A stretch of DNA of 64,000 bases, taken from Eledone cirrhosa (lineage: Eukaryota). How positions within the stretch are numbered: position 1 is the stretch's first letter; every line of letters starts with the position of its first letter. Positions 14,235 through 27,946 of this stretch are shown one piece after another. The position numbers and the translations under genes were made by a program. The notes under the pieces were generated by a model. It saw only the letters and a program-made list of their open reading frames with translations, was not told where the DNA came from and made no database searches. The stretch is from NCBI GenBank assembly GCA_964016885.1, contig OZ024740.1, positions 39,680,001 through 39,744,000 on the forward strand, in the 5' to 3' direction.

Positions 14235-16456
14235 CTGAAAACAATATAATATTTCATTTAAAAAATAGTTTGAAACAAATCTTTAATTTCAGATTATGTT
14301 TTATATTTGAAATACATTTTATCAAAGAGAATTTTGTGTTTTCTATTTCGAGAAGGCTGAAAACTGAAAAAAAAACCAAATTCTATCTGAACTCTCTAAA
14401 CACACAAACATTCTGCTGGAAATTTAATCCATAATTAATATAAATCCAATTTAATCCATTAGAAAAATTCTAAAATCTTTAGATATTTTAAGTCTTTATT
14501 TGTATTCATCACAAAATGGATGAAGATGCTCAGATTTCAGAACCACTCAACTGATTTGGTATTGCTGTGTGGTTAAGATAGGTTCTAGATTGTATATTAG
14601 GGTAATATGGCTTGGTATGGCAATGTGGTTAACAAGTTTATGTTTTAGATTGTATCTTAGTATAATATAGCTTAGTATGGCTGAGTGCTTAAAATGAGAT
14701 TGTATCTTACTGTGCTGCATCTTAGACAAGTGTCTGCTAAATCAGGAATTAGTTAGACAGGTCCTAGAGAATGTCATATTTCAAATCATCCTTATATCTC
14801 TTGCTTTCATCAGAAAAAAAAACACCATTGCACTAACCACTACACTAAAGATACCCCAAGAGCCAGATAATAGTGTTAAACTGGACAAAAGAGTCGACTA
14901 CACTAAAGGTACCCAAGGGTCAAGTGGTAGTGTTAAACCAAGCAATGGATTAAGTCTGCCACCCAAATAAACTATAGCTGGATTTGAACTCAGAATTCAA
15001 TTGCTGGAATAATTGATGTCAAACCTCTCATCCGATGCTCTAATAATTCTGGACTATATTTTATCAACCCCAAAAGAATGTAAGACAAAACAAACACAAG
15101 AGAAATTGTAACTACGGAGAGAAAGTGAATGTCACACACCAATTTACCTCCTAAAAAATACTGAGGTTTCAGATCCTGTTCATTTAATATTTATGAAATC
15201 AATTTTTATTGAATTTTTTTAAATATTTATATAAAATCATCCAATAAAAAATAAACCAAACAAAGAGAATAGATTATTCAATACTAACTTAGTCCTAAAT
15301 AAGGTATATAATTCAAAGATAAATCACTTGTCTACTTTCCCTGCTAGCAAGGGTTGACCGGGTCTTCAGAGACTAAGTCAGTACTGAAGTTGGCTACTGA
15401 CCTCCCAGACAGGCCAGGGGGTCTGCATTTTGCTTATATATGCTCTCACAACCAACCAAGAGCACAGGAGAGGTTGTCATATCTTTGACTCAACTGAAGA
15501 GTCCTCTAAATCTGGAAAGCTTTCTATGGCTGGATATCCTTCCTAATATAATTCAAAGCTATAAAAGGTAAGTAATTTAAATAGTTCTTGACACAGTTTC
15601 TTTCTGCAGGATTTGTATTAGCAGAATTTCCAGTGTAGATTTATTCCTCCTTAGCAACAAATATATTTTACATTTGACCCACCCACAAAGAACTCCATTC
15701 ATTATAGATATGTTTGTATAAATAACAGTATCCTATCTACCTAAACACAACTCTATATTTAACTTTAATCAAAGAATATTGTTTTCAATTAATAACATGC
15801 ACACCCTGGAAGACCACATTCAGTATAACAGAGCCTTTGTAAAACTAAATAGGAATTAAGTCAGAAAGAAATTCATTTTTTGTAATGTTAGTTAACACAT
15901 TGTTAACTATTTTTAATGAAATACACTATTGAAATTAGTGTAGGTTCATGACTTAGTGGTTAGAAAGTTAGATTCACAATCATGAGGTTGTGAGTTTGAT
16001 TATGTGGGCAGGCGATGCATTGTATCCTTGAGCAAGACATTTTATTTCACATCGCTCCTTCTGCCAGGTGTTGTGCCCGGTAGATAGTATTAACAATTGG
16101 AAAGACCAATGGAAACGTGTCTTGGTAAGTGAATGAGGTCTGGGATCTTTTTGAATGTAAATTTGTTATTGAAGAATTTGGAGGGATTTACCAAAGTTAT
16201 TAAATATCTAATTATCAAGATGGTATTTTGTAAAGTAATTTGACAAAAGGTAAATTACGCTGGAAAGTTTTAAATAGGACCCCCCGCCCCTTAAAATGAG
16301 AGGTTTTATTTCACAGAACCAGAGACGGTTTGGAGCAGATGTGAGTATCAAAAGAGTCAATTGTTTGGAAATTGAAATCTGTTTCTTTTTAAAATATATT
16401 ATACACAAGGAATATTTAAATATAATATATAAAAGGAATATTTAAATATAATATAC

Positions 16457-16899
16457 GTGAAGGCGCATGGCTTAGTGGTTAGAGCATTGGGTTTGCAATC
16501 GAAAGGTGGTGAGTTCAATTCTCAGACCGGGTGATGTGTTGTTTCCTTGAGCAAGACACTTTATTTCACATTGCTCCAGTTTACTCAGCTGTAGAAATGA
16601 GATAATAGAACTGGGGTCCCTATCATTCCACTGCAAAGTGGTCATGGAGGTGCCACGGCAAAAAAAGCACCCAGCCTACACTGTAAAGTGGCCATGTAGG
16701 TGCCATGGAAAAAAAGCACCCAACACTCACTGTAAATGAGGTTGGTGTTAGGAAGAGCATCCAGCTGTAGAAATCAAGCCAGAATCAGTTCCTGTATGAG
16801 CAAGACAAGGTCAGCCGACTGGACACTGCCCACAACAGGACAACCCATCTAACCCATGCTAGCGTGGAAGAACGGACGTAAAACGGTGATGATGATGAT
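16457..16899 (+). mobile_element. tRNA-derived SINE with CORE-like body and RTE-A-derived 3' tail
   Basis: A-box TGGCTTAGTGG (16468), B-box GAGTTCAATTC (16511), body CCTTGAGCAAGACACTT...CTGTAGAAATG. The 3' half matches the RTE-A 3' UTR. (GAT)n tail; ATAC flanks both ends. Confidence 0.9.
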
Positions 16900-16942
16900 A
16901 CAAAAGGAATATTTAAATATAATATACAAGAGGTATATTTAA

Positions 16943-17141
16943 CCCTTTAGCATTTACATTACTCTATATTTACTATTGCATTTTCATAGTTAAGGCTTTA
17001 TCTCACATAATATTGAATCTACGAGATTTTTATATTTTTTTATTTTGAGATCAATACCTTAACATCTGCATGAGCAGCCAGTTACGGCTGGTTTGAACAG
17101 AAAGAGGTGAGAGAATTATGGCGAGTTTAAATGCTAAAGTG
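16943..17141. mobile_element. piggyBac-type MITE
   Basis: TTAA|CCCTTTAGCATT...AATGCTAAAGTG|TTAA. Homologous copy at 53091-53309. Confidence 0.85.
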
Positions 17142-17556
17142 TTAAATATAATATACAAGAGGTATATCTAAATATAATATACAAGAGATATATTTAAACT
17201 TAATATACAAGAGGTATATTTAAATATAATATACAAGTCTAGATTCTGTCTGAACCCCAGAGATTCATTAAGCCACTGCTTATCCGGATTTCCTCAGCAT
17301 TAAGCGACTGAGAATACAAGACTTCCTCCAGTCCATTGTTACAGCTGGTACTCATCATACTAAATATACTGAAGCTATGTGAAATGAAGTGTTCTGCTCA
17401 AGAACACAACACGCAACCAAGTCTGGCAATCGAACCCATGACATCATGATTGTAAGTCCAACACCCTTACCACTAGGCCATGTGACTTCACTATACAAGA
17501 AGAATATTTAAATAAAATTTTTAAAATCACAAATGGGGAATTAAAAACAAACTCAC

Positions 17557-17586
17557 CCTATGAGTTATTTCAGCAGAATGTACATA
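17557..17586 (-). CDS. MAPK14: p38 MAP kinase internal exon (equivalent to exon 5): YVHSAEITHR
   Basis: ttttccag|TATGTACAT...CATAGG|gtgagt. 30 nt, phase 0-0; joins the next exon to form HRDLKPGN. Confidence 0.92.
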
Positions 17587-18214
17587 CTGGAAAATAAAGA
17601 TAAAATACACATAAAATGTTTATATATTTACATACTGAAAAATAAAGGTAAAATATATATAAAATGTTTATATATTTTCAAAATGAATGAAAAATAAAAT
17701 TTATTTCTTAATTGCATGAAGATAGACTTTAGCATTAATGAATTTAATTTCTAATTAACATTACCTGCCTTTTTACTAACTTTCTATAGAACAAGTTCCA
17801 AAAAATATGGTTAATTGCAATTTTTTTCATACAGCTTATAGTAACATAGCTTCTACACAGCAACTCAACATTGTATCATCTCATATATTGTTACAGCTCA
17901 CACTTAGGTAGGATTAGCTGGCCTCTCAGGTGTGTTAATGATTGGACCACCACCCATACACCCGTCATATCAAGAAAAGTCTGTTCCAAGGATTAATTCC
18001 CACATGCTACTGTTAAAACTATTTTTTTTTTTTCTGGACTGGAGAAACCGAAAATGAAGGTCACAACACACTACTAGCTCCAGAAATCGAACCTACAACC
18101 ATATGATTGTGAGTCCAACACCCTAACCACTATACCAATATTGCAACTAAACACTGCCATCTCATATGACTAGACAGTCATTTGAAATTTCTGCTCCTTC
18201 CCACATCATCTAGA

Positions 18215-18690
18215 TCTAACTTTACTTTACATACGACCACCATAGTTGGTCTAACTTTATCTAACATAACATCAACTACCACCAGAGTTAGTCTAACTTT
18301 ACCTAACATACCATCAAATACCACCAGAGTTGGTCTAACTTTACCTAACAGACCATCAACTACCACCAGAGTTGGTCTAACTTTACCTAACAGACCATCA
18401 ACTACCACCAGAGTTGGTCTAACTTTACCTAACAGACCATCAACTACCACCAGAGTTGGTCTAACTTTACCTAACAGACCATCAACTACCACCACCACCA
18501 GAATTGGTCTAACTTTACCTAACATACCATCAACTACCACCAGAGTTGGTCTAACTTTACCTAACATACCATCAACTACCACCACCACCAGAATTGGTCT
18601 AACTTTACCTAACATCAAACCCCCACCCGAGTTGGTCTAAGTTTACCTTACATTCAATCAACCACCACCACTAACTTTACCTAACATCAT
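18215..18690. repeat. 42-bp minisatellite (48-bp variants)
   Basis: ACCAGAGTTGGTCTAACTTTACCTAACAGACCATCAACTACC repeated about 10 times with degenerate edges. Confidence 0.95.
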
Positions 18691-19487
18691 CCCCCACCCC
18701 CAGAGTAATATTCTCTATCATTTATTTGTTTGTCAATGATTAAAAGATTCTTCTAAAATTAGGCTAATCACAAATAAATTGTGAGAGCAGGTAATTCTTT
18801 CACAGTTGACTGCACTTGGTACTGACTAAACTACACTAGGGTCATTCTTCTAATAGAATTACTTCTCTGCCCTAATTGAAATGAATTAATATTTCTTATC
18901 TGAACAAGTAAGCAACTAGCAGTTTTCTATAAATACTCAATTATGGATACTATACGGTCTACTAACAACAAAATACTCTCAGCAAAACTCATTTATCTAG
19001 TTGTCTCAATTAGTCAGTTGAAAAGAAAATAACACCATTATGGCTTTGTTAACCATCTTAATTGTTTAGATGTAAATTCGAAAAATATACCACATTATCA
19101 TACATGTATATAACGTAACATGATAAAAGTACATCATGTATATATATATAATGTAACATGACAGAAGCATATTATATCTATGTATATATAATTCTAACAT
19201 GATATAAGTATATTATATATATATATATAATGTAACATGATTGAAGTGTATTATATCTATATATACAATGTAACATATGTATTATATCTATATATACAAT
19301 GTAACATGTATTATATCTATATATACAATGTAACATGTAATATATCTATATATACAATGTAATATGTATTATATCTATATATACAATGTAACATGTATTA
19401 TATCTATATATACAATGTAACATGTATTATATCTATATATACAATGTAACATGTAATATATCTATATATACAATGTAACATGTATTA

Positions 19488-20049
19488 CAATAATAATAAT
19501 AATGAAATTATTGTGTAAAGTGCTCAGGTGCACTACAACTCGTCAATATAGTACATAGAATAATACACAAATGTCAGGGAAGTACATGTTTGTATGTGTT
19601 AGCTGTAGTGTTGGCGGATCTCGGGAAGCATGGAGGCCTTAAAGGATGCAGTGTCTCGACAGCTAACAACTGATGCAGGTAGTTTGTTCCATGCTTCAGC
19701 AACTCTGAGCGTGAAAAAATGTTTCCGAAAGTCATGGGAACTGTGCTGTTTTCTTACTTTGTGGGCATGTCCACGTGTGTTAGACACATGGAAATCGAAA
19801 AGGCACTCAGGGTTGTTGTTGGCAACATGGTTAACAATTTTGTGGGTGTTTACCAAGTCAGTTGCCAGGCGTCGGAGCTTCAATGAATCCATGCCCAGGG
19901 AAGCAAGGGGCTCAGAGTAAGGTAGATGCCTGATGGAGGGTATTCGCTTGGTTGCACGTCTCTGAACAGTTTCCAGGCGGTCAATGTCCTGAGCAAGATA
20001 GGGGTTCCAGACTGGTGATGCAAATTCTAAGTGTGGTCGCACCATAGCT
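19488..20049 (-). mobile_element. CR1-group LINE 3' fragment with (TTA)n tail
   Basis: YKAMVRPHLEFASPVWNPY...LETVQRRATK...TRGH...FFTLRVAEAWNKLP is typical of the CR1-group ORF2 C-terminus. The ORF's N-terminus is translated satellite. Confidence 0.9.
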
Positions 20050-20401
20050 TTATATCTATATATACAATGTAACATATGTATTATATCTATATATACAATG
20101 TAACATGTAATATATCTATATATACAATGTAACATGTATTATATCTATATATACAATGTAACATGTATTATATCTATATATACAATGTAACATGTATTAT
20201 ATCTATATATACAATGTAACATGTATTATATTTATATATACAATGTAACATGTATTATATCTATATATACAATGTAACATGTAATATATCTATATATACA
20301 ATGTAACATGTATTATATCTATATATACAATGTAACATGTATTATATCTATATATACAATGTAACATGTATTATATCTATATATACAATGTAACATGTAT
20401 T

Positions 20402-20923
20402 CATCATCACCGTTTTACGTCCGTTCTTCCACGCTAGCATGGGTTAGACGGGTTGTCTTGTTGTGGGCAGTGTCTGGTCGGCTGACCATGCCTTGCTCAT
20501 ACAGGAACTGATCTGGCTTGATTTCTACAGCTGGATGCCCTTCCTAACACCAACCTCATTTACAGTGAGTGCTGGGTGCTTTTTCGTGGCGCCTACACGT
20601 CCACTTTACAGTGTGGGCTGGGTGCTTTTTTGCCGTGGCACCTCCACGACCACCTTGTTTATATGCTTCAGCATGTACCCATGGGAGGTCGGGTACCCTG
20701 TATTACTGCGTGACGCCAGAAGTCACGGTCGTGTGTCATTGACTTTGAGAGGTGTAGTTGGGTAAGGTCGGCTTTTATCACCTCATCCCAAGTCATCTTG
20801 GGTCTCCCCACTCCGCGGTTTCCATCAACTTCTAGTGCTCTGCACCTTTTTATGCAGCTGTCATCCTTCATACGCATCACATGTCCATACCAGCGTAACC
20901 GCCTCTCCTGCACGGCGGTTACG
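20402..20923 (-). mobile_element. RTE family A short 3' fragment with fold-back 5' junction
   Basis: Matches the 12220 copy apart from an 18-nt 3' UTR deletion and a point change. Confidence 0.95.
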
Positions 20924-22078
20924 TATTATATCTATATATACAATGTAACATGTATTATATCTATATATACAATGTAACATATGTATTATATCTATATATA
21001 CAATGTAACATGTAATATATCTATATATACAATGTAACATGTATTATATCTATATATACAATGTAACATATGTATTATATCTATATATACAATGTAACAT
21101 GTAATATATCTATATATACAATGTAACATGTATTATATCTATATATACAATGTAACATATGTATTATATCTATATATACAATGTAACATGTAATATATCT
21201 ATATATACAATGTAACATGTATTATATCTATATATACAATGTAACATATGTATTATATCTATATATAGAATGTAACATGTATTATATCTATATATACAAT
21301 GTAACATATGTATTATATCTATATATACAATGTAACATGTATTATATCTATATATACAATGTAACATATGTATTATATCTATATATACAATGTAACATGT
21401 AATATATCTATATATACAATGTAACATGTATTATATCTATATATACAATGTAACATGTAATATATCTATATATACAATGTAACATGTATTATATCTATAT
21501 ATACAATGTAACATGTAATATATCTATATATACAATGTAACATATGTATTATATCTATATATACAATGTAACATGTAATATATCTATATATACAATGTAA
21601 CATGTATTATATCTATATATACAATGTAACATGTATTATATCTATATATACAATGTAACATGTATTATATCTATATATACAATGTAACATGTATTATATC
21701 TATATATACAATGTAACATGTAATATATCTATATATACAATGTAACATATGTATTATATCTATATATACAATGTAACATGTAATATATCTATATATACAA
21801 TGTAACATGTATTATATCTATATATACAATGTAACATGTATTATATCTATATATACAATGTAACATGTAATATATCTATATATACAATGTAACATGTATT
21901 ATATCTATATATACAATGTAACATGTATTATATCTATATATACAATGTAACATGTATTATATCTATATATACAATGTAACATGTAATATATCTATATATA
22001 CAATGTAACATATGTATTATATCTATATATACAATGTAACATATGTATTATATCTATATATACAATGTAACATGTATT

Positions 22079-24717
22079 CATCATCATCATCATCAACGTT
22101 TAACGTCCGTGTTCCATGCTTGCATGGGTTTGGACGGGGGTAGTCCCACTTGAGGCAAGAGTGATTGTCTTGCTCGCATAGGACTGTCTGGCAGGTTTTC
22201 TACAGTTGGATGCCCTTCCTAACACCAACCACATTTACAGTGTGGGTCTGGGAGGTTTTTACCGTGTTGCCTACACGGCCACATTACAGCGTGGACTGTG
22301 TGTTTTTTTGTCGTGACACCTACACGATCTCATTTGTTTCGGCCTGGATGGCGCGGCACCAACATAACTTTACATAGAACGGGGTGGTGTGGATGGGGTG
22401 GGGGTGGTGGCGGGACGGGGTGTATTTTGTTAGAGATGCCTACTGGCAAGGCGGGTCTTCTCTGTTACTGAGTACCGCCAAAGGTCTCGGTCCAGTGACA
22501 TTGTCTTGGAGAGGTGTAAGTGTGTGAGGTCGGAGTTTATCAGCTCATCCCAGGTTTTTCTAGGTCTGCCTATTCCGTGGCTACCGTCTATCTTCATTGC
22601 CCTGCACTTTGTTATACAGCTATCGACTTTCATGCGCATCACGTGTCCATACCAACGCAGCCTTCTCTCGAGTAAACAACATCTGATCCCTCTTATCTCT
22701 AATTTTTTCCTTAGTTCGTTTATGCTTTGCCGTTCACGTATATTACTGTTACACATCCAGCGGAGCATGCAAGCTTCGTTCCTCTCTAGTCTGCGTATAT
22801 CCTCTGCACACAATGCCCAGGTCTCACTACCATGCAACATTGCTGTTCGTATGCAGGCATCGTACAACCTGCCTTTCATTTTTAGGGAGAACCCTTTAGC
22901 AGCTAATAGTGGTATAAGCTCTCTGAACTTTTTCCACCCAGTTCTGACTCTAGCTACAGTACTTTCAGAGCATCCTCCCCCACTGCTGATTTTATCGCCC
23001 AGGTAACGGAAGCTGTCCACTATTTCTATAGAACCCTCTGCGCAATTGAAAGAGCTAGTATTTTGTGGGCACTTGCTGCTACTTATTGCACCAGAACACC
23101 GGCCACATGTAAAATCTATGTTCTTAGTTAGCTTACCTGTGATCCCACTACATCTTTTATGCACCCATACTTTGCATTTAGGACATAAAATGGAGTTTCT
23201 ACCTACGCCTTTCCTACACACCGAGCACGACCATTTCCCAGAAGGGACCGCCGCCTTGTTTTCTTTCCTACAAACTAGAACTTTGGTCTTAGCCAGGTTA
23301 ATTTTAAGTCCTTTTGACTCTAGGCCGTGCTTCCATGTTTGGAATTTCTTCTCTAGCTCGGCCATTGATTCCGCTATGAGTGTCAGGTCGTCTGCGTATA
23401 GGAGTTCCCATGGGCAGCCTGTCTTGATCTCCTCTGTTATAGCCTGAAGGGCAATAATAAATAGTAGGGGGCTGAGAACAGAGCCCTGATGGACACCAAC
23501 TTTTACGCTAAACTCTTCACTATATTCGTTGTTAATTCTAACCTTGCTGACTGCTTCTTTATACATGGCTTGTATAGCCCTCACAAGCCATTCGTCAACG
23601 CCTAGTTTTCTAAGAGCCCACCAGATAATGGAGCGGGGGACTCTGTCGAAGGCTTTCTCCAGGTCGACAAAAGCTAAGTAGAGGGGTTTACCTTTAGCTA
23701 GGTACTTCTCCTGTAGTTGTCGTACTATGAACAGAGCGTCTGTGGTGCTTTTGCCCGACACAAACCCGAACTGCATTTCATCTAGGTCAATTCTCTCTCT
23801 GATTAGTTGCGCTATTACTTTTTCCGTGACCTTCATGACCTGGTCGATTAATTTAATGCCTCTATAGTTACTCCTATCTAGGGCGTCTCCTTTACCCTTA
23901 TAACAGTTAACGATGATGCTGCTATGCCAGTCCTTCGGAACAACCCCATTCTGTACGACTTGGTTAACTATGCGGGTGACCATGGTGTGTCCCACCGTGC
24001 CAGATGCCTTCAGCATCTCAGCAACTATTTCCGAAGGCCCAGCCGCCTTACCCGTCTTCATATCCTTGATTGCCTTACTTATTATACTCCCCTCGACTAA
24101 CACTGCTGGTCCCTCTATTGGGTCGATATGGGGGAGACTGTCTTTCTCCCATTTGTTCTCCTCATTTAGTAGCCTTTCATAGTGACACTTCCAAGCTACC
24201 TTCTTATCAGTGTCGGTGATGGCAAGTATGCCATCATCGTTAAGTACACACTTCTCCCCGACAATATCACGGTTTTCCTTGACGCATTGCCTAGCAATCC
24301 TGAACACCTCACGTTTTTGGTCATCGCGTTGTAGAACATGCTTGAACTTTCTTTCCTCAGCTTCCCTTCTTGCTAAGTACACTTCTCTCCTAGCTTCCCT
24401 CCTGGCCACTTGATAGTCTACTCTACTTCCCCCATCCCGCCATACTTTCCAAGCCTGCTTTTTGGCCTTAATTGACCCCTCCACCCTACTGTTCCACCAC
24501 CATGTTACTCTCCTCCTGCCTACAGGCCTGCTCCAGCCACAAACTTCGTCTGTCGCCAACAGCAGGTTTGCTTTCAGAAATTCCCACTCTCCCTCTATAT
24601 TGTCCGACTCTAGATGCTCTTCCTTACTGTCGAAAGCATCAAGTAATATGCTTTGAAATTTATTTCTGGCTGTGGGGTCCTTTAGTTTCCATATTTTCCT
24701 CCTGAGGATAGTCCTCT
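22079..24717 (-). mobile_element. RTE family B, 5'-truncated, with uninterrupted RT and PHD reading frame
   Basis: ORF 22430..24772 contains NYRGIKL, QFGF, FVDLEKAFDRV, GVHQGSVLSP, YADD and YLG. No endonuclease. A 28-nt deletion removes the normal stop codon. The first about 18 aa are satellite. Confidence 0.96.
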
Positions 24718-26124
24718 TTATATCTATATATACAATGTAACATGTATTATATCTATATATACAATGTAACATGTATTATATCTATATATACAATGTAACA
24801 TGTATTATATCTATATATACAATGTAACATGTATTATATCTATATATAGAATGTAACATGTATTATATCTATATATACAATGTAACATATGTATTATATC
24901 TATATATACAATGTAACATGTAATATATCTATATATACAATGTAACATGTAATATATCTATATATACAATGTAACATATGTAATATATCTATATATACAA
25001 TGTAACATGTATTATATCTATATATACAATGTAACATGTATTATATCTATATATACAATGTAACATGTATTATATCTATATATACAATGTAACATATGTA
25101 TTATATCTATATATACAATGTAACATGTATTATATCTATATATACAATGTAACATGTATTATATCTATATATACAATGTAACATGTAATATATCTATATA
25201 TACAATGTAACATGTATTATATCTATATATACAATGTAACATGTAACATGTAATATATCTATATATACAATGTAACATGTATTATATCTATATATACAAT
25301 GTAACATGTATTATATCTATATATACAATGTAACATATGTAATATATCTATATATACAATGTAACATGTATTATATCTATATATACAATGTAACATGTAT
25401 TATATCTATATATACAATGTAACATGTATTATATCTATATATACAATGTAACATGTATTATATCTATATATACAACGTAACATGTATTATATCTATATAT
25501 ACAATGTAACATATGTAATATATCTATATATACAATGTAACATGTAATATATCTATATATACAATGTAACATGTATTAAATCTATATATACAATGTAACA
25601 TGTAATATATCTATATATACAATGTAACATGTATTATATCTATATATACAATGTAACATGTAATATATCTATATATACAATGTAACATGTAATATATCTA
25701 TATATACAATGTAACATGTAATATATCTATATATACAATGTAACATGTAATATATCTATATACACAATGTAACATATGTATTATATCTATATATACAATG
25801 TAACATGTATTATATCTATATATATACAATGTAACATGTAATATATCTATATATACAATGTAACATATGTATTATATCTATATATACAATGTAACATGTA
25901 ATATATCTATATATACAATGTAACATATGTATTATATCTATATATACAATGTAACATGTATTATATCTATATATACAATGTAACATGTAATATATCTATA
26001 TATACAATGTAACATGTATTATATCTATATATACAATGTAACATGTATTATATCTATATATACAATGTAACATGTATTATATCTATATATACAATGTAAC
26101 ATGTAATATATCTATATATACAAT

Positions 26125-27828
26125 CAAAAGTACCACAGACGCTCTTTTCATAGTACGACAACTACAAGAGAAGTACCTAGCTAAAGGTAAACCCCTCTAC
26201 TTAGCTTTTGTCGACTTGGAGAAAGCCTTCGACAGAGTCCCCCGCTCCATTATCTGGTGGGCTCTTAGAAAACTAGGCGTTGACGAATGGCTTGTGAGGG
26301 CCATACAAGCCATGTATAAAGAAACAGTCAGCAAGGTTAGAATTAACAACGAATATAGTGAAGAGTTTAGCGTAAAAGTCGGCGTCCATCAGGGCTCTGT
26401 TCTCAGTCCACTACTATTTATTATTGCCCTTCAGGCCATAACAGAGGAGTTCAAGACAGGCTGCCCATGGGAACTCCTATACGCAGACGACCTGACACTC
26501 ATAGCGGAATCAATGGCCGAGCTAGAGAAGAAATTCCAAACATGGAAGCACGGCCTAGAGTCAAAAGGACTTAAAATTAACCTGGCTAAGACCAAAGTAC
26601 TAGTTTGTAGGAAAGAAAACAAGGCGGCGGTCCCTTCTGGGAAATGGTCGTGCTCGGTGTGTAGGAAAGGCGTAGGTAGAAACTCCATTTTATGTCCTAA
26701 ATGCAAAGTATGGGTGCATAAAAGATGTAGTGGGATCACAGGTAGGCTAACTAAGAACATAGATTTTACATGTGGCCGGTGCTCTGGTGCAATAAGTAGC
26801 AGCAAGTGCCCACAAACTACTAGCTCTTTCAATTGCGCAGAGGGTTCTATAGAAATAGTGGACAGCTTCCGTTACCTGGGCGATAAAATCAGCAGTGGGG
26901 GAGGGTGCTCTGAAAGTACTGTAGCTAGAGTCAGAACTGGTTGGAAAAAGTTCAGAGAGCTTATACCACTATTAGCTGCTAAAGGGTTCTCACTAAAAAT
27001 GAAAGGCAGGTTGTACGATGCCTGCATACGAACAGCAATGCTGCATGGCAGTGAGACCTGGGCATTGTGTGCAGAGGATATACGCAGACTAGAGAGGAAC
27101 GAAGCTTGCATGCTCCGCTGGATGTGTAACAGTAATATACGTGAACGGCAAAGCATAAACGAACTAAGGAATAAATTAGAGATAAGAGGGATCAGATGTT
27201 GTTTACTCGAGAGAAGGCTACGTTGGTATGGACACGTGATGCGCATGAAAGTCGATAGCTGTATAACAAAGTGCAGGGCAATAAAGATAGACGGTAGTCA
27301 CGGAATAGGCAGACCTAGAAAAACCTGGGACGAGCTGATAAACTCCGACATCACACACTTACACCTCTCCAAGACAATGTCACTGGACCGAGACCTTTGG
27401 CGGTACTCAGTAACAGAGAAGACCCGCCTTACCTAAATATATAGTAAAACCTACTCCAGCCAGTAGGCATCTCTAACAAATACACCCCGTCCCACCACCC
27501 CCACCCGATCCACACCACCCCGTTCTATGTAAAGTTATGTTGGTGCCGCGCCATCGAGGCCGAAACAAATGAGATCGTGTAGGTGTCACGACAAAAAAAC
27601 ACACAGTCCACGCTGTAATGTGGCCGTGTAGGCAACACGGTAAAAACCTCCCAGACCCACACTGTAAATGTGGTTGGTGTTAGGAAGGGCATCCAACTGT
27701 AGAAAACCTGCCAGACAGTCCTATGCGAGCAAGACAATCACTCTTGCCTCAAGTGGGACTACCCCCGTCCAAACCCATGCAAGCGTGGAACACGGACGTT
27801 AAACGCTGATGATGATGATGATGATGAT
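26125..27828 (+). mobile_element. RTE family B, 5'-truncated
   Basis: ORF 26072..27436 is nearly identical to the 22430 ORF. (GAT)n tail; target duplication ATACAAT. Confidence 0.96.
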
Positions 27829-27946
27829 ACAATGTAACATGTATTATATCTATATATAGAATGTAACATGTATTATATCTATATATAGAATGTAACATGT
27901 ATTATATCTATATATAGAATGTAACATGTATTATATCTATATATAC

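Noticed and set aside
16462-16530. tRNA gene
   Set aside because: A and B boxes are present but there is no acceptor stem, and it continues into a SINE body and tail found in three copies.
18178-18640. Repetitive 146-aa and 152-aa ORFs on both strands
   Set aside because: Translation of a 42/48-bp minisatellite whose unit is a multiple of 3; intronic, with no splice or homology support.
21170-21427. Tyr/Ile/Cys-rich ORFs (also at 30758 and 31743, and the N-termini of the 19599, 22430 and 26072 ORFs)
   Set aside because: Chance open frames through the 29/31-bp satellite.
27550-27570. GAGGCCGAAAC in the RTE-B 3' UTR resembling a hammerhead half
   Set aside because: No upstream CUGANGA or variant and no stems I or III; other copies read CAGGCCGAAAC or CGGGCCGAAAC.
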